Shown: piece by piece, positions 27,591 through 37,238 of the stretch | How the letters are laid out: each line of letters opens with the position of its first letter | Numbering within the stretch: position 1 is the first letter of the stretch | NCBI GenBank assembly: GCA_036012755.1 | Contig: DASCPX010000129.1 | Coordinates: forward strand, 253,027 to 317,026 | From: Myxococcota bacterium | Lineage (GTDB): Bacteria; Myxococcota_A; UBA796; CAJQPC01 | Length of the DNA: 64,000 nt | Reading direction: 5' to 3' | Translations under genes and position numbers: made by a program | The notes under the pieces: generated by a model | Database searches by the model: none | What the model was told of the DNA's origin: nothing | The model's input: only the letters and a program-made list of their open reading frames with translations

Positions 27591-30190
27591 TCCAGCTGCT
27601 CGTCGCCCTCGCCCTCGCCCAAGAACCCCCAGCCGACGAGGTCGTTCCACCGACGGTCAAGGTCGACGTGACCCCCGACTACCCGCCAGAGGCGCGAGAC
27701 GCAGGCATCGAGGGCGACGTCCTCCTGCTGTTGACCATCGGCGCCGACGGCCTCGTCTACGACGTCGAGCTCGTGCAGGGGCCCCACAGCTTGCTGAACT
27801 TCGCGGCCATGGACGCCGCCGACATGCTTTTCTTCGAGCCGGCGACCAAGGACGGCGTGCCCGTCGGCGTGCAGATCAACTACCGCTTCAGCTTCGACCT
27901 GGGCCTCGCGGACGAGACCGGTCTGCCGATCCCAGGCAGCCTCCATGGCGTGGTCGTCGATCCTGACGGCTACGAGATCCCCAACGCCAAGGTCCGCGTC
28001 GAGGGCGTCGATGTCCCAGACTTCGAGCCGCTGGACATGACGGCGAAGGCGGACGGGTCCTTCCGCGCCACCTTCCTCCCGAGCGGGACCTACAACGTCA
28101 CCGTCACGGTTCCTGGCTTCACCCCGACCACGTCAGTGGTGGAGATCGAGGCCGGAGAGAACCTCTCTCGCGGCTTCACGGTCGTGCCGGAGGGCGAGTT
28201 CACCATCATCGTGCGCTGGGAGGAGAAGACCTGGCGCGAGGTCGAGCGAGCCCCGCTCGAGCCCAACGAGGGCACCGTCACTTCCAGCTACACGCTGACG
28301 CGGCGGGACATCGAGACCACCCCGGGCTCGATGGAGGACGTCAGTCGAGCGGTCCACGCCTTGCCCGGCATCGTCAGTGACGGGGACATGCTCGCCACCT
28401 TCAACGCCCGCGGCGGCGAGACCTCGGACGTCGTCTTCCTGCTGGATCGCGTCCCGCTCTCGAACCCCTTCCACCTCGCGGGCTTCAACAGCCTCTTCAA
28501 CCCGGACCTCATCAGCGAGGTGCAGTTCAACGCTGGCGCCGCCCCCGCGAATGTGCCGGCTGCCACGAGCGCCGTGCTCGCGGTCGAGACCTGGGACGGC
28601 ACCCCACGCCAGGACGGAGGGGACATCGACGGCGCCTTCGACATCAGCGCCTCGAGCCTTCGCGTGCTCGTCATGGGTCCGATCGGCTCGCGGTCCAGCG
28701 TCGCCCTGGCCGCCCGGCGCTCCTACCTCGAGTCCTACTTCCAGGTCATGAAGTGGGCCAACGTCATCGACACCAGCTTCGCGGCGCCCGAGTTCAGCGA
28801 GCTGTCGGCTCGCTTCGCGTGGCATCCAGCCGATCGCCACCGGGTCATGGTCACGGCGATGCGCTCCGGTGACAGCCTCGCCATCGTCGACTCCGCCGAC
28901 GACAGCCTGATCACCGTCGACGCGACCTTCCAGCTGGAGAACTCGTTGTCCCTGTTTTCCCTCGATCACCGCTTCGAGGCCTCAGAGGACGTCACCTGGC
29001 AGAGCACCACCGCCTGGACTCGGGACCGTGCCTTCATGCTCCGCGATCTCGGCGGCGAGTTCCGAGAGGACGTCACCTCCCACCGCTGGTTCGCGCGGAC
29101 CGACCTGTCGCTGACCCCGATGAAGCACGAGGTCCTCGCCGGAGTCGACGGGTCCTATGTCCTCGTCGACGCGAAGGGCTCCATCGAGGATCGTCGGGCC
29201 CGGCCCACCTGGCACATGGCTCCCCTCGCCGAGTACGACTCCAGCATCGTCGAGCTCGACGGCGCCCTGGCCTACCCGGAGACCAGCGCCTACATCCAGG
29301 AGACCTGGAACGGTCCCGTGCGGATCCGCGCCGGTGGCCGCGCCACCTTGACCGGTGCCACCGGGGAGCTGCTGTTGAGCCCCAGAGCCGGGTTCAGCGT
29401 GCCGCTGCCCACCGGGACCGTTCCCAAGGCCAGCTGGGGCATCTACCACAAGACTCCCCAGGACCCGAGGGTGCTCGACGCGGAGCTGGGAAACCCCGAC
29501 ATCGGCTCGGAGCGGGCGGTCCACTACGTCGTGGGCCTCGACCAGGGCTTCCCACTGCCGGGCGAGGAGGCCGGCGGTCTGGTCCGAGTCGAGGGCTATC
29601 GGATCGAGCTGTCCGACCTAGTGGTGAACCCGGACACCCAGGACGCTGTCGACGCCGGCACCACCTTCGAGAACGCCGGCACTGGCCGGAACCAGGGCAT
29701 CGATGTGCTCGTCGGTGCACGGGCAGGTCGGATCAGCGGCATGGCGACCTACAGCTACCTCGTCGCCACGCGCCACAACCCCCTGAACAGCTCCTTCTCC
29801 CAGGACCTGGCCCCGGCCCAGGACCAGCGCCACACCCTCGGCACCAGCCTGGAGTACCAGCTCACCCCTCGCTGGCGCGGCACGGTTCGCTACAGCTTCC
29901 ACACGGGCCGCCCCACATCCAGCGTCCAGCCCTCGGGCACGGACGACTTCCTCGAGCTCACCGGGCTGAACAACCAGCGCCTGGGCGACTACCACAACGT
30001 CGACGTGCGGGCCGAGTGGCGTCGGGCGATGGACAACTACAGGCTGGCTGTCTACGTCGAGGTCCTCAACGTGGCGAATCTCAAGAGCGACTTCGTCCCG
30101 ATAGCCACGATCGAGGACGGCCAGCTGACCGAGAGCATGCTCTATCACCTGCCGATCCGGCCCTTCCTGGGCGTTCGGGCGGACTTCTAG
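27587..30190 (+). CDS. TonB-dependent receptor with N-terminal TonB-C domain
   Basis: PDYPPEARDAGIEGDVLL...FEPA TonB-C; carboxypeptidase-regulatory-like domain; plug ALPGIV...NARGG; C-terminal LGVRADF. Confidence 0.9.
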   Translation: MIQLLVALALAQEPPADEVVPPTVKVDVTPDYPPEARDAGIEGDVLLLLTIGADGLVYDVELVQGPHSLLNFAAMDAADMLFFEPATKDGVPVGVQINYRFSFDLGLADETGLPIPGSLHGVVVDPDGYEIPNAKVRVEGVDVPDFEPLDMTAKADGSFRATFLPSGTYNVTVTVPGFTPTTSVVEIEAGENLSRGFTVVPEGEFTIIVRWEEKTWREVERAPLEPNEGTVTSSYTLTRRDIETTPGSMEDVSRAVHALPGIVSDGDMLATFNARGGETSDVVFLLDRVPLSNPFHLAGFNSLFNPDLISEVQFNAGAAPANVPAATSAVLAVETWDGTPRQDGGDIDGAFDISASSLRVLVMGPIGSRSSVALAARRSYLESYFQVMKWANVIDTSFAAPEFSELSARFAWHPADRHRVMVTAMRSGDSLAIVDSADDSLITVDATFQLENSLSLFSLDHRFEASEDVTWQSTTAWTRDRAFMLRDLGGEFREDVTSHRWFARTDLSLTPMKHEVLAGVDGSYVLVDAKGSIEDRRARPTWHMAPLAEYDSSIVELDGALAYPETSAYIQETWNGPVRIRAGGRATLTGATGELLLSPRAGFSVPLPTGTVPKASWGIYHKTPQDPRVLDAELGNPDIGSERAVHYVVGLDQGFPLPGEEAGGLVRVEGYRIELSDLVVNPDTQDAVDAGTTFENAGTGRNQGIDVLVGARAGRISGMATYSYLVATRHNPLNSSFSQDLAPAQDQRHTLGTSLEYQLTPRWRGTVRYSFHTGRPTSSVQPSGTDDFLELTGLNNQRLGDYHNVDVRAEWRRAMDNYRLAVYVEVLNVANLKSDFVPIATIEDGQLTESMLYHLPIRPFLGVRADF

Positions 30191-31233
30191 ACCTTCTTGC
30201 AGCGCCAGAGCGTGTGGCCCCCGACGCCCAGGCGCTCGTACTCACCGACGATCTCCAGCCCCGCATCGTGGATGCACTCGAGGAGGTGCTCCGCGCTGTA
30301 GATGCGGCTCGTGCCGTTGGCCAGGGCCGTGAAGTAGATGCTCGTGCCGTGGAGGGCGTAGCGGGCCACGTCGTTGCGCTGGCGGTCCCAGTAGTTGTCC
30401 ATGATCCAGACGGAGCCGCCGTCAGCCAGCGCTTCGGTCGCACGGGTGAGGATGTGCCGGATCTCTTCGAGGGCGAAGCAGACCAGGAACTGGCTCATCC
30501 AGACGACATCGAAGCCGCCGGGGAAGGGTGCCTCGGCGTCCAGGATGTTGATGGGGTGGCCCACGATGCGATCTGCGAAGCCGGCCTCCTCCACGTTCGC
30601 GGCCGCCTTCTCCAGCTGCCCCGGGAGATCGAGGATGGTGATCTCCACATCCGGGTCGTAGTCGCAGCACTTCAGGGCCCACCTTCCGGTGTTGCCGCCG
30701 ATGTCGAGCAGGCGCTTGGGCTTGTCGGCGAAGACCCGCGGCAGCACTCGCGGAAAGGCGCCGTCGCTGTAGAAGTGATCGAAGGCGAACCAGCTCCCCC
30801 GGGCCTTGTCCGGGAGCTCTGAGAGCGCCTCGTAGATCGTGGGCCAGTCACCGAAGACCTTCAACCCGGCGGCGTTGCCTTCGTCGATGGCCTTGTCGAG
30901 GTGGAAGAGGCCCTTGTAGCAGACGTCATGGATGAAGTTCATGTTGACCCGGACCATGGGGTCGTTCTGCACGTAGAAGCCGGCTTTCGTGGCCTTCCAG
31001 GTCCCCTCGTCCAGCTCGCAGAGTCCAAAAGAGATGCCCGCCTCGCACAGGGTCTCCACGGCGTACCGGGAGAGGCCGGTAGCCTCCATCGCCTCCTCTG
31101 TGGTCTTCGGGCCGGCGTCGAGGGCCTCGAGGAGCCCCCGCTCCCGCATGACCCGGGCCACCTGGAAGGCGACAGGGGCGAAGGTGAGGCGGGTGGCCTC
31201 GAAGAGGGCTGCGCGTTGGCTGGCGTGCTTCAT
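30187..31233 (-). CDS. SAM-dependent O-methyltransferase of the aryl-polyene-cluster type
   Basis: TFAPVAFQ, WFAFDHFYSD, LLDIGGNTG, WMSQFL, YWDRQR, YFTALANG. Confidence 0.88.
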   Translation of the reverse strand: MKHASQRAALFEATRLTFAPVAFQVARVMRERGLLEALDAGPKTTEEAMEATGLSRYAVETLCEAGISFGLCELDEGTWKATKAGFYVQNDPMVRVNMNFIHDVCYKGLFHLDKAIDEGNAAGLKVFGDWPTIYEALSELPDKARGSWFAFDHFYSDGAFPRVLPRVFADKPKRLLDIGGNTGRWALKCCDYDPDVEITILDLPGQLEKAAANVEEAGFADRIVGHPINILDAEAPFPGGFDVVWMSQFLVCFALEEIRHILTRATEALADGGSVWIMDNYWDRQRNDVARYALHGTSIYFTALANGTSRIYSAEHLLECIHDAGLEIVGEYERLGVGGHTLWRCKKV

Positions 31234-31287
31234 CACCGGAGCATCCTGGTACCCGGCTTCTGTAAGCTGATGGGGATGTGAGGACGA

Positions 31288-32181
31288 ATGTCGCTGCTGA
31301 TCATTCTCGGGTGCCAGGAGCCACGCTACGTCGATCCCCCTGGTCGTGACAGCGAACCAGTCGAGAGCGAGCCGGTCGTCGATGACAGCCCGAGCGACTC
31401 GGAGCGGCTCCACCCCGAGGGCTTCGAGGACCCGGCGGTCCATGGCGTCGAGGCCAAGCAGCAGAGCCAGGTCTGCGTCGACTGCCACGGGAGCACGTTG
31501 GAAGGTGAGGGCGCCGCCGTGACATGTGACAACTGTCATCGGCCCGGATGGCGAACCGACTGCACCTTCTGCCACGGCGGATCGGACAACTCGACGGGCG
31601 CACCCCCGCTGCACATCTCTGGCGTCGACGATGGCGAGAGCGCCACCTTCGCGCCCCACTCGGCTCACGTCGAGGACACCGAGCTGCATGCGGCCTTCGA
31701 CTGCACGGCCTGCCACGACAAGCCCGACGATCCGCTGTCGGAGGGGCACCTCTTCGTCGGCGACTCGACGCCGGGGCGGGCCGAGGTGGAGTTCTCGGGC
31801 GGCATCGCCGCCGGCAGCGAGTGGGACGGCGAGGGCCTGTGCTCGAACCTCTACTGCCATGGAGACGGCGCGGACCGCCGAGGCGAGAAGGGTCACATCG
31901 GCAGCCTCGAGGCCTGCGGAGAGAGCTGCCACTGGACCTCTGAGAACCAGGGGCAGTCGGTCCTGGGTGGAGAGCACGATCGCCACCTGGGCGAGTCAGG
32001 CATCGGCTGCGTGGACTGCCACAACGACACGGTCGACAGCGACGAGGGCATCTCGGACACCTCGCTCCACGTGAACGGCTCGCTCGACGTCGCGCTCGTG
32101 AGCTCGCTGGAGTGGAGCGGGTCGACCTGCACGGGTGGGTGTCACGGCAAGAACCATCAAGGGAAGGCCTGGAGCGACTGA
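31288..32181 (+). CDS. Multiheme cytochrome c lipoprotein (CxxxxCH/CxxCH family, up to 8 hemes)
   Basis: MSLLIILGC; CVDCH, CDNCH, CTFCH, CTACH, CSNLYCH, CGESCH, CVDCH, CTGGCH. Confidence 0.9.
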   Translation: MSLLIILGCQEPRYVDPPGRDSEPVESEPVVDDSPSDSERLHPEGFEDPAVHGVEAKQQSQVCVDCHGSTLEGEGAAVTCDNCHRPGWRTDCTFCHGGSDNSTGAPPLHISGVDDGESATFAPHSAHVEDTELHAAFDCTACHDKPDDPLSEGHLFVGDSTPGRAEVEFSGGIAAGSEWDGEGLCSNLYCHGDGADRRGEKGHIGSLEACGESCHWTSENQGQSVLGGEHDRHLGESGIGCVDCHNDTVDSDEGISDTSLHVNGSLDVALVSSLEWSGSTCTGGCHGKNHQGKAWSD

Positions 32182-32214
32182 TGGGTTAGACGCCGTCTGC
32201 GCTTGGAGGCGGCC

Positions 32215-32469
32215 ATGGAACTGAAGGTTCAGCTCAAGGAGCTCATCATCGAGGCCCTCATGATCGAGGACCTCGAGCCTGCGGATCTCGAGAACGCCGC
32301 GCCCCTGTTCGGTGACGGCCTCGGCCTCGACTCTGTCGACGCGCTGGAGCTCGCCATGGAGATCGAGCGGGTCTTCGGCGTCACCATTCCCGAGAGCGAG
32401 GAGAGCCGCGAGGTCTTCCGCTGCGTCGACACGCTCGCTGCCTACATCTCCGAGAACCGGGCCGCTTGA
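32215..32469 (+). CDS. Acyl carrier protein
   Basis: GGAGG RBS; PLFGDGLGLDSVDALEL phosphopantetheine motif. Confidence 0.95.
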   Translation: MELKVQLKELIIEALMIEDLEPADLENAAPLFGDGLGLDSVDALELAMEIERVFGVTIPESEESREVFRCVDTLAAYISENRAA

Positions 32470-32475
32470 AGCCGG

Positions 32476-32976
32476 CTACTGACTGGCCTCGCTCTCGCCC
32501 TCGGCCTGCCCGGTCTGTTCGCCCTTGGCCTCGGCCTGCTCCTCCTCGGTCTGCTGGAGCTTGACCGGAGCTACCGGTCCTGTGCCTGGGACTCGCGTCA
32601 TCTCCCAGTCCAGGGTGCCGAGGCTCTCGCCTTCGCTGTGGACGGCCATCACGATGTCTTTGTCGCCCTCGGAGGGCTTGAAGGTGTGTTCGAGCTCGCC
32701 CATGGTGCTCGTGGGTCCGATGGTGCCGAAGGTGAGGACCTTGCCATTCCACAGGACGTCGTAGGTGCGGAAGGCTCGCCCGGTCGTCTGGTCCCAGCCG
32801 TGTACTGCCAGCTCCCCACCCTCGTTCCTCAGCTGCCACTTGTAGGAGTTGTCGGGGGTCTCCCAGGTCCCCGTCAGATCGAGGGCCTCGAACGCGGGGG
32901 GTGTCTCCGCTTCGGTCTCCTGGCCGCATCCTTGCAGTGCCACCAGAGCCACCAGAGCCAACATCATGCGTGCCAT
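32476..32976 (-). CDS. Hypothetical lipoprotein (beta-barrel-like)
   Basis: MARMMLALVALVALQGC; DLTGTW motif. Confidence 0.7.
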   Translation of the reverse strand: MARMMLALVALVALQGCGQETEAETPPAFEALDLTGTWETPDNSYKWQLRNEGGELAVHGWDQTTGRAFRTYDVLWNGKVLTFGTIGPTSTMGELEHTFKPSEGDKDIVMAVHSEGESLGTLDWEMTRVPGTGPVAPVKLQQTEEEQAEAKGEQTGQAEGESEASQ

Positions 32977-33046
32977 CAAGTGAGCGATGCTACTGATTCG
33001 CTCTCCCGTTGTGCAAGTACGTCGCCCTCAATGGCTTACATATGGA

Positions 33047-33493
33047 TTACCTGGCCGCGCGGCGACGGGCCCACACGAACACGACGGGCCCGATCAACAG
33101 GCCGAGCAGGGCACCCAGCACGGCGTCTCCGAGCAGGCAGGACAAGAAGAGGTCGGGCAGCTCCCAGGAGAACAGCGCGAGCTTCTCGAGGAAGTCCTCT
33201 CCCTGGCTCACGTCGATGGTGCGCCAGGTGCCGAAGCGTAGGAACTCGCCGATCGCGATGCCCGCAGCGACCAGCAGCGGCGCCAACAGCGGGTTGCTGA
33301 TGTTGGCGGCGAGGTAGACCGTGATCTTGTTCAAGCGAGCCAGCCAGGCCACTCCGATGCAGATCGGCAGGTGGAGCCCATAGAGCGGCAGCGTGCCGAT
33401 GAACAGGCCCAGCGCGACGGCCCAGCCGAGCTTCGTGGGCTCCCGATGCTCTTGGAGCAGGTGCTTGAACAGCTTGCGGATCGCCTTGCGCAT
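33047..33493 (-). CDS. DUF2062 domain membrane protein
   Basis: PTKLGWAVALGLFIGTLPLYG, RLNK...ANISNP. Confidence 0.85.
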   Translation of the reverse strand: MRKAIRKLFKHLLQEHREPTKLGWAVALGLFIGTLPLYGLHLPICIGVAWLARLNKITVYLAANISNPLLAPLLVAAGIAIGEFLRFGTWRTIDVSQGEDFLEKLALFSWELPDLFLSCLLGDAVLGALLGLLIGPVVFVWARRRAAR

Positions 33494-33548
33494 CGGGGCT
33501 TTCCTATCGCGTCGATGGACCCCCGTGATCGGCGCGATATCCGCATCC

Positions 33549-34280
33549 ATGTTTCGCGTGGTGCTCCTGCTGCATGTCCTCGCCGCTGTCGCTGGCGCCT
33601 GGTTCGTGGGTCCCTGGTTTCCCGTAGCGGTCGTGTCCTCGCTCCTGCTCTTCATCGGCTTCGCTTCGAGCCACCCTGGTTGGGGCCTGTTCGGGCCGGC
33701 CGTGGTTCGGGGCGCCGGGGGCGATCGGGTCTCGCTCACCTTCGATGACGGGCCTCATCCAGACTCGACGCCAGCGCTCCTCCAGGCCCTGCGCGATGCC
33801 GAGATGCGCGCCACCTTCTTCGTCCTCGTCGATCGCTGTGAGCAGTGGCCGGAGCTGTTGAGCGCGATCGCGGCGGAGCACGAGGTCGGCCTGCACGGGC
33901 TCCGGCACCATCCCTGGATCGCGCTCTGGCCACCGGAAAGAGGCGCAGAGGAGCTGCGGGAGGCCAGGCGGCGCCTCGCTGAACTCTGCGGAGAGGAGAT
34001 CGCTCTGTACCGTCCCCCCTTCGGCATCACCTCGCCCAGGATGGTCGAGGCCGTCAAGGCGGTGGGGCTCCGCACGATCTGGTGCTCCATGCGGCCTCTC
34101 GATGGCATCTCCGGGGAGCCCGACCGCCTCCTGCACCTGTGCAAGGAGGCGCGCGGCGGTGACATCGTCCTCTTGCACGAGGGCCCGAACCGGCCCGCGG
34201 CTGGTGTGCTCGCGGATGTCCTCGCCGACTTCCGACAGCGGGGCTTGCGCTCCGTCACCGTGGGGGAGCTGCTCGCATGA
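33549..34280 (+). CDS. Polysaccharide deacetylase (NodB family) with N-terminal TM segments
   Basis: LTFDDGP, ATFFV, HEVGLHGLRH, YRPPFG, IVLLHE; start approximate. Confidence 0.92.
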   Translation: MFRVVLLLHVLAAVAGAWFVGPWFPVAVVSSLLLFIGFASSHPGWGLFGPAVVRGAGGDRVSLTFDDGPHPDSTPALLQALRDAEMRATFFVLVDRCEQWPELLSAIAAEHEVGLHGLRHHPWIALWPPERGAEELREARRRLAELCGEEIALYRPPFGITSPRMVEAVKAVGLRTIWCSMRPLDGISGEPDRLLHLCKEARGGDIVLLHEGPNRPAAGVLADVLADFRQRGLRSVTVGELLA

Positions 34281-35914
34281 AGCTGCTGGTGACCGGAATA
34301 GGCGCCTGGAGCGCCGCTGGTCGCGGAACGGGTGCCCTGGTCGAGCTCCTCGAGTCTCGCCGAGCCGCCTTCTCCGCGGAGCCGCCCTACCCGAGCGAAG
34401 GTCTCTACGCGCCCCGCTGCGGCCTGACCGAGGTCGAGCGCGACCGGCCCGCCGAGACCCTGCTCCTCGGCGCGGTCAGGGAGGCCCTGGCCCACGCCTC
34501 CTTCGGCGAGGGTCGCCTGGGCCTGGTCGTCGGCACTTCCAGCGGCAACATCTGCGGACCCTGGGAGCGCTGGCATCGCGCCCACCTCGCCGGAGAGCCT
34601 GCCAGCGAGGAGGGGACCTGGCGCCAGGACCCCACCAAGGTGGTCGCAGAGGCCATCGGCGCTACCCGCCATGCCACCGTCAGCGTCGCTTGCGCCAGCG
34701 GCACCGCCGGCTTCGTGCTGGCCCAGGGATGGCTCGCGGATGACCTCGTCGATGCCGTCGTCGTGGCCGGGGTCGATGCCCTCTCTCTCTACGTGCACGC
34801 CGGCTTCAACGGGCTTGGTGCACTCTCGAAGAGCCAGCCCCGGCCCTTCCATACCGAGCGGGACGGGCTCCTGCTCGGCGAGGGCGCGGCTGCGGTCCTC
34901 GTCGAGGTCGAGGCTCATGCCTGGGGCCGCGGCGCTACGTCGCTCTGCGAGCTCTGCGGCACGGGTCTGTCCGCGGATGCGGTCCACATGACCGCTCCGG
35001 ATCGCCAGGGAGGCGGTGCCGCTCGGGCGATGCAGGCTGCCCTGGACGACGCAGGGGTGGGAGCCGAGGCCATCGATCTGGTCTCCCTCCATGGCACGGC
35101 CACCTCCTTCAACGACGCGATGGAAGCCCACGCTCTGCAGCGTGTCTTCGGGGATCGCCCGCTGCCGCTCTTCGGCGTGAAGCAGGCCGTCGGCCACACC
35201 CTTGGTGCTGCCGGGTCCCTCGAGGCCACCGTCGTGGTCGAGGTCCTCTGCAGCGGACGGGTCCCACCGGCCCCGGAGATCGACGAGGAGCTGCCTGTGT
35301 CCTCGCAGCGGTTTCCTTCGGCCCCGCGGATTGCGATCTCGACGAACTCTGCCTTTGGGGGGGCCAACGCAGCGGCGGTCCTTGCTGCGCCGGGCGCTGT
35401 CCCCGAGTTGGTTCGCGAGCCCCGAGAGGTCATCGAGCTGGCTTCTGCCAGAGTGGAGATCCCCGAAGGCAAGGTGGACTGGAGTGCCCTCTGGGCAGCG
35501 CCGCCGGAGCGCTTCAAGAGGCTCAATCGCTATGTGCGCGTCGCGCTGGTGGCGATGAACCGTGTGCTGTCGGAGGTCGAGATCGGCCCGGACATCGGGG
35601 TCGTGCTGGCGTCGGAGAGCAACTGCCGGGCGACGGATCTGCGCTACCACCAGAAGCTGCTCCAGCGTGGGGCGGCCCAGGCGCCGAGGGTGGAGTTCAT
35701 CTACACGATCCCTGGGGCGCCGAGTGGAGAGGCAGCGATCCTCTGGGGGCTGCAGGGGCCCTCGATGGTCCTCTGCGGGCCGATGTCGGAGGCCGTGGAG
35801 GAGGCCAAGCGGATGATCCGGTGGGGCAGGGCTTCTCGGCTCGTGGCGCTGGGCATCGAGGCTCCGGAGCCCAGGGGTGCGGCCTGGGCGGAGGCGGTGC
35901 TGCTCGGTCACTGA
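34277..35914 (+). CDS. Beta-ketoacyl synthase fused to a C-terminal CLF-like domain
   Basis: SVACASG, LHGTAT, GHTLG, NSAFGG, then about 170 aa with RFKRLNR...EFIYTIPGAPSGE..ILWGLQGP. Confidence 0.88.
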   Translation: MKLLVTGIGAWSAAGRGTGALVELLESRRAAFSAEPPYPSEGLYAPRCGLTEVERDRPAETLLLGAVREALAHASFGEGRLGLVVGTSSGNICGPWERWHRAHLAGEPASEEGTWRQDPTKVVAEAIGATRHATVSVACASGTAGFVLAQGWLADDLVDAVVVAGVDALSLYVHAGFNGLGALSKSQPRPFHTERDGLLLGEGAAAVLVEVEAHAWGRGATSLCELCGTGLSADAVHMTAPDRQGGGAARAMQAALDDAGVGAEAIDLVSLHGTATSFNDAMEAHALQRVFGDRPLPLFGVKQAVGHTLGAAGSLEATVVVEVLCSGRVPPAPEIDEELPVSSQRFPSAPRIAISTNSAFGGANAAAVLAAPGAVPELVREPREVIELASARVEIPEGKVDWSALWAAPPERFKRLNRYVRVALVAMNRVLSEVEIGPDIGVVLASESNCRATDLRYHQKLLQRGAAQAPRVEFIYTIPGAPSGEAAILWGLQGPSMVLCGPMSEAVEEAKRMIRWGRASRLVALGIEAPEPRGAAWAEAVLLGH

Positions 35915-36831
35915 CGCCCCGAGATCTCTCCTTGGGTCACCTTGTCGATGAAGGGCACTGAAGCGTTCGCCAGCAGCACGCCCAGGAGCACGCCATCCGG
36001 GTAGGGCGTGTAGTAGCGAAGGAGCATGGCGTAGCCGGCCGCCAGCACGCAGAAGATCAGCCGTCCGGGTCGCGAGAAGGGGGTCGTCACCGGGTCGGTC
36101 ACGATGAAGAACGCTGCGAGCAGGGCGCCGCCTCCGAAGAGCTGGAGGAGGGGGTCGCCCTCCAGCCAGGGCGCGTGGCCCTCCATGCGTGCTCCGGCTG
36201 GGAGGAGGAGGGCGCAGACCGACACCGCAGCGAGGTAGACCAGCGGCATGCGGAAGTCGATGGTCCGCAGTCCGATCAGCAGGATCCCGCCTGCGATCAA
36301 GGCAAGAGGTGCCGCCTCGCCCAGGGCGACCGAGGCTTCTCCCAGGACCATTCCGCCCAGCGCTGGAGCGCTGGACCCCAGCTCGGTGGAGAGGGGCGTA
36401 GCGTGGCTGATGCCGTCCACTTCCCACTCGGGCTTCAGGAAGACGGAGGGAGCGACCCCCATCATCACGGCCAGACCCAGGGCCGCCGGGTTGAAGGGGT
36501 TCTTGCCCAGGCCGCCGAAGGCGTGCTTGCCGACGAGGATGGCGAGCGCGCTTCCGCCCACCGCGGCCCACCACGGAGCAGTGATGGGCAGCATGAGCGC
36601 CACGAGCAGGCCGGTGAGCACCGCGCTGCCGTCCAGCGCCTGTTGGCGGTCACAGATCGCGTCCAGGACCCAGGCTGTGGCGATGGCCAGGCCGAGGAGC
36701 ATCAGCGCGTCGGCGCCATGTCGCCAGACCGCAGCGACACACACAGGCGCCAGGGCGACGAGCACCTGGACCATGAGCGTGCGGGTCCGTCGCCCGCTGT
36801 GGATGGCCGGCCCGGCTCCGTGCTCGGTCAC
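35908..36831 (-). CDS. rnfD: RnfD/NqrB-family membrane subunit
   Basis: KHAFGGLGKNPFNPAA, VDGISHATPL (FMN-Thr site), FFIVTDPVTTP, YPDGV...LLAN. Confidence 0.9.
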   Translation of the reverse strand: MTEHGAGPAIHSGRRTRTLMVQVLVALAPVCVAAVWRHGADALMLLGLAIATAWVLDAICDRQQALDGSAVLTGLLVALMLPITAPWWAAVGGSALAILVGKHAFGGLGKNPFNPAALGLAVMMGVAPSVFLKPEWEVDGISHATPLSTELGSSAPALGGMVLGEASVALGEAAPLALIAGGILLIGLRTIDFRMPLVYLAAVSVCALLLPAGARMEGHAPWLEGDPLLQLFGGGALLAAFFIVTDPVTTPFSRPGRLIFCVLAAGYAMLLRYYTPYPDGVLLGVLLANASVPFIDKVTQGEISGRQ

Positions 36832-37238
36832 AGGTAGAACAGGGGCCCGAGGGCGTAGTAGATGCAGCCGACCACCAGTACTCGAAGGACCGCGCTGCGC
36901 CGTGGGTTGCTCTCGTCGTCGAGTCGTCGTCGCCAACCGTCCACCAGCGCCCCGCCGACGAGCCAGACCGCTGCGGCGACGAGGGCCGACGCCAGGTCAG
37001 GGTAGGCGGGCAGGGCGAGCAGGAAGACCGCCGGGGCCAGTCTCGGCGCCCGAGCACACACGACGAGGCCCACAGCAAGCGGCACTGCAAAGGGGGGCAG
37101 CGCTACGAGGTGCTGGATCGCCCAGGCCAGCACCGGCACCAGGGCAGCCAGCTGCCAGCGTCGCGAGCGCTCCTTGAGGAACAAGGCGCTGACCGCGAGG
37201 GCGGCACACACGGCGCTCGCGGGGACCATCAACGTCAC
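36828..37238 (-). CDS. Small polytopic membrane protein, possibly a divergent RnfA/E-like subunit
   Basis: 136 aa hydrophobic; coupled on both sides; VCAALAVS and LVVGCIYY segments. Confidence 0.55.
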   Translation of the reverse strand: MTLMVPASAVCAALAVSALFLKERSRRWQLAALVPVLAWAIQHLVALPPFAVPLAVGLVVCARAPRLAPAVFLLALPAYPDLASALVAAAVWLVGGALVDGWRRRLDDESNPRRSAVLRVLVVGCIYYALGPLFYL

